Position numbers and translations under genes: made by a program. A DNA stretch of 64,000 nucleotides from contig NC_068982.1 of the NCBI RefSeq assembly GCF_001194135.2, positions 154,640,260 through 154,704,259 of the forward strand, written 5' to 3'. Source of the DNA: Octopus bimaculoides. Lineage: Eukaryota. The notes under the pieces are model-generated. The model searched no databases and was not told the DNA's origin. It saw only the letters and a program-made list of their open reading frames with translations. How positions within the stretch are numbered: position 1 is the first letter of the stretch; the number at the start of each line of letters is the position of its first letter. Shown piece after piece: positions 14,415 to 27,678 of this stretch.

Positions 14415-14620
14415 GATGAACAGAATCGCAAGAGTGTTGTTGGAAAAACCGCTTTGCGGCATTCCGGTTCTTTGTCTTCTGAAATCAAATCTCGCTGAGG
14501 CCAGCTTTGCTTGTCATTCTTACGGAGTCAATAAGATAAATACCAGTGGAGTCGATAAAAACAAATATCACTAATCTCCTAAAACTGCTGGCCTTGTGCC
14601 AAAATTTGAAACATTATCAT
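14415..14620 (+). mobile_element. Diverged SINE family A copy
   Basis: ttctgaaatcaaatctcgctgaggccagctttgcttgtcattc...gccttgtgccaaaatttgaaacattatcatt matches the family A body and tail. Confidence 0.7.
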
Positions 14621-14695
14621 TAAATGTACATACTCATGCATATGTGTGAATACGTGTGTATCTCAACACACATCTTTATATTTTAGCCAATGTTA

Positions 14696-14856
14696 GCAGG
14701 CGTGGCTGTGTAGTAAGAATCTTGCTTCCCAGCCGCATAATTCCGAGTTCAGTACCACTGCGTGGCACCTTGACCAAGTGTCTTCTACTGAATCCTCGGG
14801 CCGACTAAAGCCTATGTATGTAATATATATATGTGTGTATGTATGTGTGTGTATGT

Positions 14857-14895
<39 letters not shown>

Positions 14896-15087
14896 TGTGT
14901 TTGTCCTCTACCATCGTTTGACAAATGATATTGGTGTGTTTGTCCCTGTAACTTCGCGATTCGGCAAAAGGGATCGATAGAATAAGTACCAGGTTTACAA
15001 AGAATAAGTCCTGGGGTCGATTTGTTCGACTAAAGGCAGTGCTCCAGCATGGCCGCAGTCAAATGACTGAAACAAGCAAAAGAGTAA
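14696..15087 (+). mobile_element. Full-length tRNA-type SINE family B (CORE-like central block, internal (TG)n)
   Basis: A-box-like tggctgtgtagtaag and B-box-like gagttcagtacc. The gtggcaccttgaccaagtgtcttctact block resembles the CORE domain. Tail ccagcatggccgcagtcaaatgactgaaacaagcaaaagagtaa. Related copies at 4600, 16287, 16534, 34236 and 37435. Confidence 0.85.
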
Positions 15088-16161
15088 CAGATAAAGCAAA
15101 ACATATTGTACCGGCAGACATCACTGGGAAGATAGAGTGAGTGAGGGCTATGATGTTTGCACATTTCTCGTTTCATGGCCAAGCTTCACAGAGAGCGATG
15201 TGTCTTTGCATGCACTATGAGAGCNNNNNNNNNNNNNNNNNNNNNNNNNNNNNNNNNNNNNNNNNNNNNNNNNNNNNNNNNNNNNNNNNNNNNNNNNNNN
15301 NNNNNNNNNNNNNNNNNNNNNNNNNNNNNNNNNNNNNNNNNNNNNNNNNNNNNNNNNNNNNNNNNNNNNNNNNNNNNNNNNNNNNNNNNNNNNNNNNNNN
15401 NNNNNNNNNNNNNNNNNNNNNNNNNNNNNNNNNNNNNNNNNNNNNNNNNNNNNNNNNNNNNNNNNNNNNNNNNNNNNNNNNNNNNNNNNNNNNNNNNNNN
15501 NNNNNNNNNNNNNNNNNNNNNNNNNNNNNNNNNNNNNNNNNNNNNNNNNNNNNNNNNNNNNNNNNNNNNNNNNNNNNNNNNNNNNNNNNNNNNNNNNNNN
15601 NNNNNNNNNNNNNNNNNNNNNNNNNNNNNNNNNNNNNNNNNNNNNNNNNNNNNNNNNNNNNNNNNNNNNNNNNNNNNNNNNNNNNNNNNNNNNNNNNNNN
15701 NNNNNNNNNNNNNNNNNNNNNNNNNNNNNNNNNNNNNNNNNNNNNNNNNNNNNNNNNNNNNNNNNNNNNNNNNNNNNNNNNNNNNNNNNNNNNNNNNNNN
15801 NNNNNNNNNNNNNNNNNNNNNNNNNNNNNNNNNNNNNNNNNNNNNNNNNNNNNNNNNNNNNNNNNNNNNNNNNNNNNNNNNNNNNNNNNNNNNNNNNNNN
15901 NNNNNNNNNNNNNNNNNNNNNNNNNNNNNNNNNNNNNNNNNNNNNNNNNNNNNNNNNNNNNNNNNNNNNNNNNNNNNNNNNNNNNNNNNNNNNNNNNNNN
16001 NNNNNNNNNNNNNNNNNNNNNNNNNNNNNNNNNNNNNNNNNNNNNNNNNNNNNNNNNNNNNNNNNNNNNNNNNNNNNNNNNNNNNNNNNNNNNNNNNNNN
16101 NNNNNNNNNNNNNNNNNNNNNNNNNNNNNNNNNNNNNNNNNNNNNNNNNNNNNNNNNNNNN

Positions 16162-16201
<40 letters not shown>

Positions 16202-16286
16202 TTTTATTGGTCTCAGCTACTGGGGTATGAACATGCAGAGGCATTATTGTAAAAGATTTATCAAATTGATTTTTTTCAAGATTAGT

Positions 16287-16660
16287 CACTTTTCGCCCAA
16301 CCGCCAAGTTACGAGAACGTAAACAAAGTAACTCCGATGTCAAGCGGTGAGACACCAAAGGCATATATAATGTCAATACAAATTATACTTTCTCTCTCTC
16401 TCTCTCTTTCTCTCTCTATCTCTCTCTCTCCATATATATATAATTTAAACAAAAATAAATCGACTTGGGTTGTGCTATGTATTTAGATGAAAGATATACC
16501 GAAGTACTTACATGCAGTTTCCTTCTACCTAATTCACTCACAACGTAAGGGTCAGCCCGGGGTTATAAACAAAGACACTTGTATAAATTGCCTCGTAGTG
16601 GGGCAGGACTCGAAACCACGTGCTTGCCTAGTGGACATCTTAAGCACACAGCTATGCCTA
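16287..16660 (-). mobile_element. Two fragments of SINE family B (16287-16352, 16534-16660)
   Basis: Reverse complements match the internal and 5' parts of 14696-15087. Confidence 0.6.
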
Positions 16661-18270
16661 AATAAAGTGTATGTATGTGTGGCTAAAATAAATGTCTTTA
16701 TACATAACAGCAGTAAACATTAACTGAATAAACGACTCACAGCATACACATTTGTTTTAATTCCATACATACACACATGCACATGTACATTCACATTGTG
16801 TGTTAGTATGTGCCTATGTATGTCTGTCGGTATGTATTCTTTACACATTATTTTGTTTATTCCTATGAAATCAGTGCTTTCGCTACGGCTCTCTGTACGA
16901 CCGCTGCAAGCAGTCAATAGACAAAATACATCTATTTACACGGCAGCTCTGATTAAATCAAACGCCGTCTAGACAAGACAGACACAAAGGCACAAGACAT
17001 CCGACTTAACGTTCAGTCAGACAATCTGTTACTCACTTTATTACAGAAATAGCGGGAAAGACAATAGTTAAGCTACAAACACATTTTTCTAAAGGAAATT
17101 ATGCTAGAAGACTCTAATACTGTTTGATACATATGTAAGTGCACACGTGTGTACGTATATGTACTTATGTACGCAGGTATGTGGGCTTGTGTGCATATGT
17201 GCTTGTGTGTGCGCTTGTATTTTCTTTTGTGTGCGTGTTCTTTTTGTTTTTGTTCTTTTTTTAAACATGACACGGGTTTTCGAATTTGACTACCAGTTTG
17301 CATAATCATCAGCAGCTGCAATGCCTCTAACATCCGCATCTTCCATCGCATCTTTAACATCAGTATGACCACAACCACCAACAACCTACCTTATCGCCAG
17401 CATCACTATCCATATTATCGCAATCATAAACCTTATCATAGCCATCAAGAGCATTTTCGTCCGCTTTCGTTCCCTCCATCAATCTCTCTCTCTCTCTCTC
17501 TCTCTCTCGCTTTCTCTCTCTCCCCCTCCCTATCTCTGTGCGTTTATGTAAACTTGTGTATGTATATGTGTTCTTTTGCGTCTTGTTTATGAATAAATAT
17601 ATGTATATACTTTAACATCCTTAGCCGGATGTAATATGTATTCCAACAATGAACGTTACACATTTAGATGCACGTACTTAATTCCTTGACAAGACAATAG
17701 AGGCAATTTAACCTCTACCCAAATTAAAATATCACATATTTAACTACACTTAACTATACATGCACACAAAACATCCCTGCTATCGTGAGTTCTCCACTCT
17801 TCCCCTTCCTCTGCTTCACCAAATCTCTCACTCCCTTCCTCTCTCCTTTCTCTCTCTTACTTTCTCTCCTTCTCCACTTACTCTCTTTCACTCACTCTCA
17901 TTCCCTCTCTTATCCGCATTGTCATTCAGATTATACCACCTCTTCTGAGGGTTTTTCTGACTCCCAAAGTTCCATTTTACACTGTACCTGCCATGTAAAC
18001 AGACGTCTTGAATTGGGTATCGTATTTTTTTTTTCTCGCCTATCTTAATCCTTCTTTCCCTCGCTTTCATAATTAGTGTCATCTGAAAATGGTTAGATCA
18101 TCTCCTGTTCCTTCTGTTGGCGTATTTATTTTCATTCTACACTTTTTCGATTGTCTTCTCGCCTTATATTTCTATATCATGTGTTTTCATTTGTCTGACT
18201 CCATGTATTATTTCTTTGTTTGATTCCTCCTTACCCTTGTTATTTGCTCATACATACATACATACATACA

Positions 18271-18306
<36 letters not shown>

Positions 18307-18367
18307 TATATACAGAGAGAGAGAGAGAGAAGGAGAGAGAGAGAGAAGGAGAGAGNNNNNNNNNNCA

Positions 18368-18403
<36 letters not shown>

Positions 18404-18498
18404 TATATACAGAGAGAGAGAGAGAGAAGGAGAGAGAGAGAGAAGGAGAGAGAGAGAGAAGGAGAGAGAGAGAGAGAATATCACAAAAGGGCTAGGTC

Positions 18499-18574
18499 AG
18501 TGTTTCTTTCGGCCACGGAGACAGTGCAGCATTTGTGATAGAACAGTATGCGCAGAACTTTAAACCGGAATTCG
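18499..18574 (+). other. Candidate non-coding 5' exon of the HLH gene
   Basis: Follows a (GA)-rich tract. TCAGT initiator-like motif at 18497-18501 and a strong donor TCG|GTGAGT at 18574/18575. The first coding exon at 28945 has a strong acceptor, so some upstream exon is implied. No transcript evidence. Confidence 0.3.
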
Positions 18575-19452
18575 GTGAGTCTGCAAGACTAGCTTTATGA
18601 CTCTAACCGGATCTCTTTATGTACGAATGACATTCATCCACCTGCTTAGTTGAAGTGAATGAGTCAATCTCTATAGTCTGCCGCCGCCCACAAACTTGAA
18701 TAGCGGAGATAGTTTATTTCTAGTCATCAAATCAGTTTCACTTATCCACCTAAAGAAAATAAATGTATTTTCGTCGCTTTGGGTGATGTTTCTAGCTGTT
18801 TGGTCAAAAGAAAAATATGCTCATTGTATTAGCGTATAGGTGGCTGAATATTCCATAGGATATCCTTAACGTAATTTTCAGGTGGCAACAGCAAGATTCA
18901 GTGCGACATGACCGGACCATAAGTCACTGCTTTAGTCTATTTGATGTGCTTCTTCACAGTTTCCATCTAAAACATTTCGGTGGACCCGAGGCTGTAAGAA
19001 AAGGTTCTTGCTCAAGATATGCAGTGAGATCGAACAGACCTCGTGAATGCAAAGCTATCTTCTTAACGATTTATCCAGGCTAAATCATTTCCAAATCAAC
19101 CAACTAGTATCAACCAACAGCAACTGTCCAAGATAACTACTTAAGATAACCACCAACCAATAGCCACCAAAAATAACCACTGCACCTAGTAGATATTTGC
19201 ATTCCTCTGTCTAATACTCTCCTTTCCTACAATGTATATAGAGCCATATATATGTGTTTGTATGTAATATACATGAGTGCGGGGGTAAGAAGGGTGGACG
19301 CATGTTTAGCTTTAAAAAATACGTACTCTAACTTTAGGTATACATTCATACATACAGACTTAGATAAATGCATCTACAAACGTCTATATATACACATTTG
19401 CACACATACTGTGTTGTATATGCTTGTGTGTATGTGTGTACGTATGTATGTG

Positions 19453-19513
<61 letters not shown>

Positions 19514-20049
19514 CAAAGAATGAAATATCAGATTGAACGCAACATGTGGTTAGCATTAGGTAGTGCTTCTCAAATTAGCTAATCCTGCCCTGTATAGACT
19601 CAAGATATTTACAACCTCTGACCCCCTTTTATAATTTAATTTAACATATTTCAGCTTTTACTCATTTCCCTGTTAATTTATTTTCATGTTTTCAATTATT
19701 TATTTATTTCATTGTAATTTTATTTCTGTCTACATTCGATCATATTCCAGATTTTCTTTGCAAGTATTCCCAAAGAAACAAAATTAACTCGTATAACGCA
19801 CACACCCATCTTTTATCTTTCTGTCTCAGTCTCGCTTTTTTTTTAAAGTCTATTTTGCCTTTTCTTACCTCTATAGATCTTTTTCTTCTCCCTCTGTCTT
19901 GATTTCTTAACTTTACTCACACAATTTCTTTCAGCGTTTTCCTATATCTCACTTTCCAAACACTTCTCTCCCTCCTCCTTTCACTCTTTTTTATTCTCCA
20001 CTTCTAGTACTCTCTACCAACATTGCTTTTGTTGGTGCTATTAGAAGTC

Positions 20050-21050
20050 CTAGGAATAGTATATACATTCAATAGTGGCCAGTCTAGCAACAGTGATCTT
20101 TGATCTCATGGCTGGGATCAGAAAAAAGTTCTTCCCTTGACAAAAGTCCTTTCTTTTTACTGTCAACAATTCTGGTATCTTCTTTATATAAAGTACAAAG
20201 CACAGTGACACAAATCAGAAAAATGTAAAGAGCTTTGTTCGGGTACACCGATTTTACAACAAAAAACAATGCAGTAACAAAGAAATTTGAATAATGAAAA
20301 ACTCTCCAATTGTGAGGGTATCTCTGAAGGGTACCCGTAGGAACAAACCACTAAAAACACCATCACCCTGACTCTTTAAACAAGCGCCCTTCCCATTCAG
20401 TTCTCCTCCAATCTAAAAGCGCATGCTCAGAACAAGCCCGTTCACTCGAACCATACTCTCTGCTCTCATCAACCGTTCAGTGAATTCGCTAGAAGACAAC
20501 ACTTCTCTCTTCACTCTCAGATTTTCTTTTCAAGTGAAACATGAACAAGTCGATGAGGTCTTGATCAAAAAAGTGTCTCAATTTCGCCCATGACGCAGCC
20601 TCTTTCCCTGACAGATAAACATTGCCTTCCCTTCTTGACCAACGGAATGCGGCTAGGGTGATCTTCAGAATGGACTCAGCTTACAGTTATGTCCGTTCCA
20701 CACATGTAACAGTAGCTGCTCCACATAAAGACATAGGTCAGCAATGTTCTAGCACTGGATGGGCTGCCGGCACTACCGTGCCTATTGAGTTTCTTGAAAA
20801 ACAATGCCTCTCGTTAACACTGCCAGCCCTGGTATTTCTGGGAGTTATCCTAGGCCCTGAATCAAAAGTCCTTCGGAACAGGCTAACCAGTTGATTTTCG
20901 TCCTCACCCAAATTTCCCTTAGAACGTCATCACACATTTCCGCCACTAATCCCCTATAGAACGCTTACTTTGCTCGACTGGTGTCGTCAGACTCTGAGCG
21001 ACGGACGAACTTTCAGTGTTAGACGTCTTGTCTTGTTCTCCACTTAACTT
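20050..21050 (-). mobile_element. 3' fragment of Tx1/L1-type non-LTR retrotransposon ORF2 plus 3' UTR, degenerate
   Basis: Minus-strand broken frames give FYRGLV, TFDSGP-DNSQK...WQC*RG, KLNRHGSAGSP and FHLKRK..SEER. These resemble the zinc-binding C-terminus of Tx1-clade ORF2. Same protein region as 39050-40150. Confidence 0.65.
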
Positions 21051-21302
21051 AAGACTACGGTTTTGTCAAAGAGACAAGTTGCGGATAAAGTATCTAACAA
21101 ATGGTGACCAACAACGATAATATGGTAGGATATCACATATGTAATAAAGACAGATGGAGAACTTCGATCAGCTGAAATTATCCTAGCAAATACTGCATCA
21201 TATCTTTTTTGGAGTGTGTTTAATATTTAAAAGCAAGTAAGGGAGATAAATCAAATAAGATCAGCTGATTGTAAATTTTGAGCAATATCAACAGCGAATT
21301 TG

Positions 21303-21708
21303 TTTTAATAATCCTTTCTACTATAGACACAAGGCCCGAAATCTTTTAGGAGAGGGAACAAGATAATTACATCGATCCTAGTGTTCTACTAGTACTTATT
21401 TCATCCACCCGCAAAGGATGAAAGCAACGTTGATCACGGCAGAATTTGCATTCAGAACGTAGAAAAATACGAAATGTCGCCAAGCATTTTGTCTGGCGTA
21501 CTAAGTATTCTGCTAGCTCACCGCCTTTTGGTGGACGGGTTAGTCGATTATATCGACCCCAGTATGCAAATGGTACTTATTTCATCGACCCCGAAAGGAT
21601 GAAAGGCAATATCGACCTCAGCGAAATTTGAACTAAGAACGTACAGACGGACGAAATGCCGCTGAACATTTTGCCCAGCGTGCTAACGATTCTGCCAGCT
21701 CACCGCTT
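21303..21708 (-). mobile_element. Two tandem SINE family A copies
   Basis: Reverse complements of the family A unit, ending ...attctgctagctcaccgcc (21527) and ...attctgccagctcaccgc (21707). Confidence 0.88.
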
Positions 21709-22297
21709 CGGTTTGTTTTAATAATACAACTGAAAATATAGTGTTGGTGGAACACACGCACATCTATTCACAAACTGATGAGATTATACGCATAAACGCG
21801 TACGCGCGCGCGTGTGTATGTGTGTGAGTGTATAGCAACAGGTGAAACAAATATTTTATTTTACTTCTGTAGCAAACAGAACCTCAACCCTATGCCAAAA
21901 AATTAGTAAAAATTTTAACGAAGACATGCATGGTTAAGACCACTTCTTGAATTTTGTTTACGTATTTTACGAGAAACTTAACACATGTGTTGACAATTTT
22001 GTAATGGAATGCTTACCAACTCCACCCTTTCGTGAACTGCCAACAGGAAAGAAAGGACAGTTATTTTAACTATTTAGCACTCATGTTACCCTCTTGCTGG
22101 TTCAACGTAAATGACCCATATGTTTGGAAATTGGGCAGAAACGGAAACACTGTAGTAGAGTACAGTTGTAGTACTGTTTGGATATCTATACTTATAGTTT
22201 GTTTTGTACGAAGCGCGCAGAATAAATCAAATCTATTTATATCATTTATTACAGACCCGATATTTTTCTTGACCGATAAAATAGAGGCTTAAAATTA

Positions 22298-22384
<87 letters not shown>

Positions 22385-24989
22385 TGGTGCTTGTGTTTTC
22401 AGTTGCGTATGCCTGCTTTAAATTTACTCCGAAACATATAACATCATAAGGTACGCGCGCTACGTGCGCGGCAATCTAAACAAGCTTAGAAAAAAACACT
22501 GCTCGCATTTTGATAGTGACCTACTTCTATCGGCTGTTTCCTCTACAGACAATCGTCTACGCACAATTCATTGTCGAGTTACATCTGCTTTAGTTATCAC
22601 ATCCTCTCGTATTCAAACTTCTCTGACCACATTGCACGTTCCTCAAGGCATTACAAAATTGTTATTAAATCTCTAATTGTATTTCATTGAAGGCTGTACT
22701 AAACTACCTTTGCAAAACTCGCTACCATCACTTCTTATTCGTACTCATTCCACTACCAATTCTTCCTCGTAAGTACATTCGTAAACCGACACTGGATGCA
22801 GTACTCCAGTATGACAATGGTCATAATAGCTAAAGAACTGGTGTTTTCTTTAATACTTTGGCAAAGATGTCATAAAATATTGAATCCAGTTCTTCCTCAC
22901 TTATTTCAGTTAGCGAAGGAAACAATGATTCACTGAATATAAGCAGGCTTTTATTCTCTAATGAAATCTGACAAATTCTCTAACAATTGGTCGGATTTCA
23001 TCAGTGAATCTTTCCTGTCTACACGTCCATTAACTATTGTGGTATCGATTTCCTTCACAACCTGTGATCGGTCGATACTATCGTTGATGTGTCTTATACA
23101 GCGGTGAGGATATGAAATATTGCTTTCACGACTGAGCGAACACATAGGTGTCGAGATTGAAACCCGTTCTAACATGCGTTGAACTTATTGTGGAAATCTG
23201 CTCTCGTTCACAGTGAATCGAGTTGAATAGAGAAAGAGCATAAAATATTACAGATAGTAAAATTGTACATTATCAAAAGTTCTCAGAAGCTAAGTAATAA
23301 CCATTGTCATGACAGTATGAAAACTGATCAGAAACAATAAAACGGCATTTATTGCAGTTCCTAAACGTTTACCACCACGAACCTTTATTTTATTTTATTT
23401 ATTTACTTATTAAAATTTTTTTTTTTTTTGTAGTAAACCAACCTTATGCAGTCTTTTGTCGAACGTGTAAATAGATATGAATGTGAAGCGTTTTTGATTC
23501 GTGGGTAAATGTTTTCAGCTTTTATTTGCAGCAAACCAAACGCTATTTATTGTAGAACATTTCTATCTAATAAAATATTTGAAGAGTAAAAGATTTCACT
23601 ATATTTCAGCATTATATACTGCAACTCAAAAATCGGGGACTGCTCCGTAGCATATAAAACTATGATTTGTCATCGTTCAATTTGTTTTATATCTGAAAGC
23701 AGAAACAGAAGTGTCTGCTCTATATTAAATGTTAATGACAGTAGGTGGAGATGTATGACAGGTAAAACCGACTAAACTAAGATAATTGGTGAGTCACATT
23801 AAATCCCTGAGTAATTATCAAAGTATCTTTTTGTAGTAAGATAATTACATTTCATATACATTCTTACAAGCTTAGATAACTTCGTTGTATGGGATTCTGC
23901 GTGTGTATGAGTGTGTGAACTTTAGCATTGATGTCATTTCGTTACATCGCTAAAATGTTTTCTTACAAAATATCAGAATTTATCTGAGGTTCTGAGTCTC
24001 CAGGAAAATAGGTTAGATTCGAAATTAACAAAATTAGTTTTTAACGTTTTAAAAAGTCAACTCGATTAACATTTTTTCTTTCACAAAATGTTTCAAGTGA
24101 AATGCAGCCAAGAGTGAAATTTATATTATTGCTTTCAGTGTGGATAGTAAAGTGAAGCAGAACTGGAAATAGTTAATTAGGAAAAGATCTATGGCCTTGG
24201 AGGATAATCAAAACACTTGCAAAAATACTAATTTCGTAAGAGTACATTTTCTGCATGAAGTAATAATAACTACAAGCATTTTCTGCGAAAAGATGCACAG
24301 TTTCGAACAGAATGGTTCTTCGTTAGAGTATTCTGAAATTTATGGTATGGTCGTCCGTGAACTAAGTATTTAATGTTAGAAAGAAAAGAAAAATACAAAC
24401 ATTGTAAATTCTTGTAGCTTTGCAAATACTTCAACATATATCACCCTAATGACCTAAAATTCTTAAAGGACATAATAGATTTAATGGAAAAGAAAAACAA
24501 TTTTTAATCTCTTGTATGTAGACCGGTTTAACAACATCTGCTTAGTGCCATCTTCACGCCATTTTATCTGTCTATTGTACAATGGCCGCTATATGATAAC
24601 TGCTTATGAAAACTTTTGATCTCTATGTATGTCATGTCTATAATTGATGCCTTCCTTTGGAAAGTCAACACCGTTTCCCACCATATGAAAATCATTAACC
24701 CCTGTCTATAGAATACTTTTTTTCAACTTCTTGCTTTTCTTCCAGACGCACTTCTCTTTTTTTTTTTATTCGTTCTAAACATCATTTTAGTAAATAGCTT
24801 GGTAACTGGCTTTTGATGTGAGAGAAAGCTGCTGAGTGTCCTTAAGCCGAAGTTATATAAAACGTGTGCGTTTAAAACAAATTAAAAGTATCTGCTGGAA
24901 TTGCATATTTATACTATTGCAATATAAAAATCTGATTCATGCCATTGAACTGACTTGGAGACATTACTGCTGTTGCTGTCTTCGTCGTG

Positions 24990-25036
<47 letters not shown>

Positions 25037-25084
25037 CTTCAAATTTTGCTACAAGGGTACTTGGAGGATAATAATAATAATAAT

Positions 25085-25445
25085 AATGATAATAATCTTT
25101 TCTACTATTAACACAAGGCCTGAAATTTTGGGGGAAGGGACTAGTCGGAGGGGACTAGATCGACCCTAGTGATTCACTTAATTTATTAACCACGAAAGGA
25201 TGAAAGGTGAAGTCGATCTCAGCGGAAATAAGGGCAGTAGTTTTTTTTGGGGGGGGGAGTGGTTAAGTCGATTACATCGATCCCAGTACTTGACTGACTG
25301 GTACTTTATTTTATCGACATCGTGAGGATGAAAGGCGAATTTGACCTCGACAGGGTTCTTACTCAAAACGTAATGAGAGAAAAGGAATACTGCAAAACAT
25401 TTTTGTCAGGAGCTTTAAAGATTCCGCTAATCCACCATCTTGAAT
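25085..25445 (-). mobile_element. Two SINE family A copies (partly truncated)
   Basis: cacaaggcctgaaatttt..gaaaggatgaaagg..gtcga motifs in reverse orientation. Confidence 0.75.
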
Positions 25446-25486
25446 AATAATATTCCTTTCAACTATAGTCCCCAACCTAGAGTGAA

Positions 25487-25804
25487 GGCGCGTGGTTTAG
25501 TGGTTAGGGTATTCGGCTTACAATCGCAAGGTCGTGAGTTCATTTCCTGGCGACACGTTGTGTCCTTGAGCAAGACATTTTATATTTCACGTTGCTTCAG
25601 CCTACTCAGGTGGCAAAAATGAGTAGAACCTGCATTTCAAAGGGCCAGCCTTGTCCCACTGTGTCACGCTGAATTTCCACGAGAACTACGTTAAGGGTAC
25701 ACGTGTCCGTGGAGTGCTCAGCCACATTCAGGTTAATTTCACGAGCAGGTTGTTTTGTTGATTAGATCAATTGGAACCTTCGTCGTCGTAACCGACGGAG
25801 TGCC
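25487..25804 (+). mobile_element. tRNA-type SINE family C with CORE-like block
   Basis: A box tggtttagtgg and B box gtgagttcatttcc, then gttgtgtccttgagcaagac (CORE-like). About 320 bp, ending ggagtgcc. Confidence 0.75.
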
Positions 25805-25831
25805 ACACACTCAGCATTAAAATTTTAATAG

Positions 25832-26192
25832 AGAGGTAAACCAATTACATCAACCCCAGTGTTCAACTGGTTATTTCATCAAACCCAAAAGAAGGACAGA
25901 TAAAATCGACCTCGGCGGAATTTGAGCTCAGATCATAAAGACATGATATACCGTTAAGCATTTTGATCGACGTGCCAACGATTCTGCCAGTTCGCCGCCT
26001 TCATAAGACTATCTTAGCGGCGTTTCATCTGTTTTTACGTTCTGAGTTCAAATTCCACCGAGGTCGACTTTGCCTTTCATTCTTTCGAGGTCGATGAAAT
26101 ACGTACCGATCAAACACTAGGGTCAATGTAATCGACTAGCTCTTTCCCCAAAATTGCAGACCTTGTGCTTCTAGTAAGAAAGAGATTATTAT
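25832..26192. mobile_element. Inverted (divergent) pair of SINE family A copies
   Basis: Minus copy 25832-26000 and 5'-truncated plus copy 26013-26192, 12 nt apart. Confidence 0.85.
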
Positions 26193-27195
26193 GAGTATTT
26201 CTTACATGGCACAACGTCAGAAATTGTAAGTTGTACGGACTGTTAACAGTCAGCCTCAGTACTTTGGTACCTTACTCTGTACCTTACTCGAAGATGACAA
26301 TTTAATTAGGTCTCTGGCGAGAATTGAACCCAAAACGTTTGGTTAGCTACACAGTACAAAGGCATATCATGAGTGCTGTCTTTATGCTCCTCTTCTAATT
26401 TCTTCCGCTTCTTGTCTCTTGTAAACTTCGAAGATTCATTCCAACTTCTTTTGATGTGTTGGTATAGATTTTTTTATTCAACTGTTGTACCACCTTTTAT
26501 ATCTCTTACTCTCCAAATTTCTATCCCCACAGTCCTATTCCCTCTCTCTACTAAGATTTCTCCTTGCTCTCCCCAGCTTTTCTACCACTACTCCGTTTTC
26601 CATTTCCCTCCCAATACATCTAATAGAATTCTTCAAAAGATATCGATGTTTTCATTGTTAGAGTTTGCCTAGAGATATGCAACTAAACATACGCATATAC
26701 ACTTACACTCCCCTTATCATACATACACAAGGTAATTAAATGCATGCATATGTAACATATGCATTCACTGAAAAGTAAATACATATATACAATTATACAT
26801 ACAAATATAAACAAAGAAAAATAAATGCATATATCTATGTGCATACATAGATAACGCACTCAAATATATACAGTATATATTCACTTACATTATACACATA
26901 TATTATGATGCATACATATACACAAAGATATCTGTCTAAATATATGTTGGTCTACAAATATTTGCGTGTATGTATATAACATACATACATGCATGCACAC
27001 ATACATAATAAATACATACCTAATAAATACATACATACGTGTGTGTATGCATAAATGTGACTTGAATAAGACATAACCTCGCATTGTTGATCAGAGAATG
27101 TTTGCTTTTTTCTTGTTTAATGTTTTTACATAAAATACTACCTATACCTATACCCTGTTATCGTCATTTGTACGACCATTCTCTTTCCCTCCTTC

Positions 27196-27247
<52 letters not shown>

Positions 27248-27637
27248 TGTTTGTGTGTGTGAGAGAGAGAGAGAGAGGTTGAACACGTTTTGGTTGACTT
27301 CATTTTTTTGGTCTTCTTCATGGTTGTTTGATTTCACATAGATAATCTTATTTTATCTCTTTGAAATATTGAAAATGGTTGACTCTCGGCTATTAAATTA
27401 ACATTCAGTTTGTGAAAAAAAAAAATGTTATATTAAGATCATCTGATAATTTACTGATCGTTTCTGACTATTTCGATATATTGCAGTGGTGCATTAGGTA
27501 AGAGTACTGAGGTAACAGTGAAACCATGTTGCTTCACCTCCAATAGGTAATCAACCGAAGGTCGAATTTTCAAACCTTGTTTGCTTCATATACTTCTCAC
27601 CGCCACCGCTGTATTGTTAAGAAGAAAGTTTCTCTTT

Positions 27638-27678
<41 letters not shown>

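Noticed and set aside
3267-16376. Long ORFs (200-460 aa) in the track at 3.3-4.7, 7.1-8.0, 10.0-10.8, 13.1-14.3 and 15.1-16.4 kb, and likewise at 33.7-34.3, 50.7-51.5 and 62.5-63.1 kb
   Set aside because: They run through N gaps (X residues) and microsatellites and are artefacts.
18250-18475. Apparent ~100-bp direct duplication (CATA)n-(TA)n-(GA)n around 18356-18365
   Set aside because: The two copies flank a 10-N gap, the typical unmerged contig-overlap artefact. The same happens at 9443-9480 (cttagcggcattcg on both sides of a 10-N gap).
25487-25560. tRNA-like A/B boxes here and at the heads of other repeats
   Set aside because: They continue into SINE bodies and do not form complete cloverleafs, so they are not tRNA genes.
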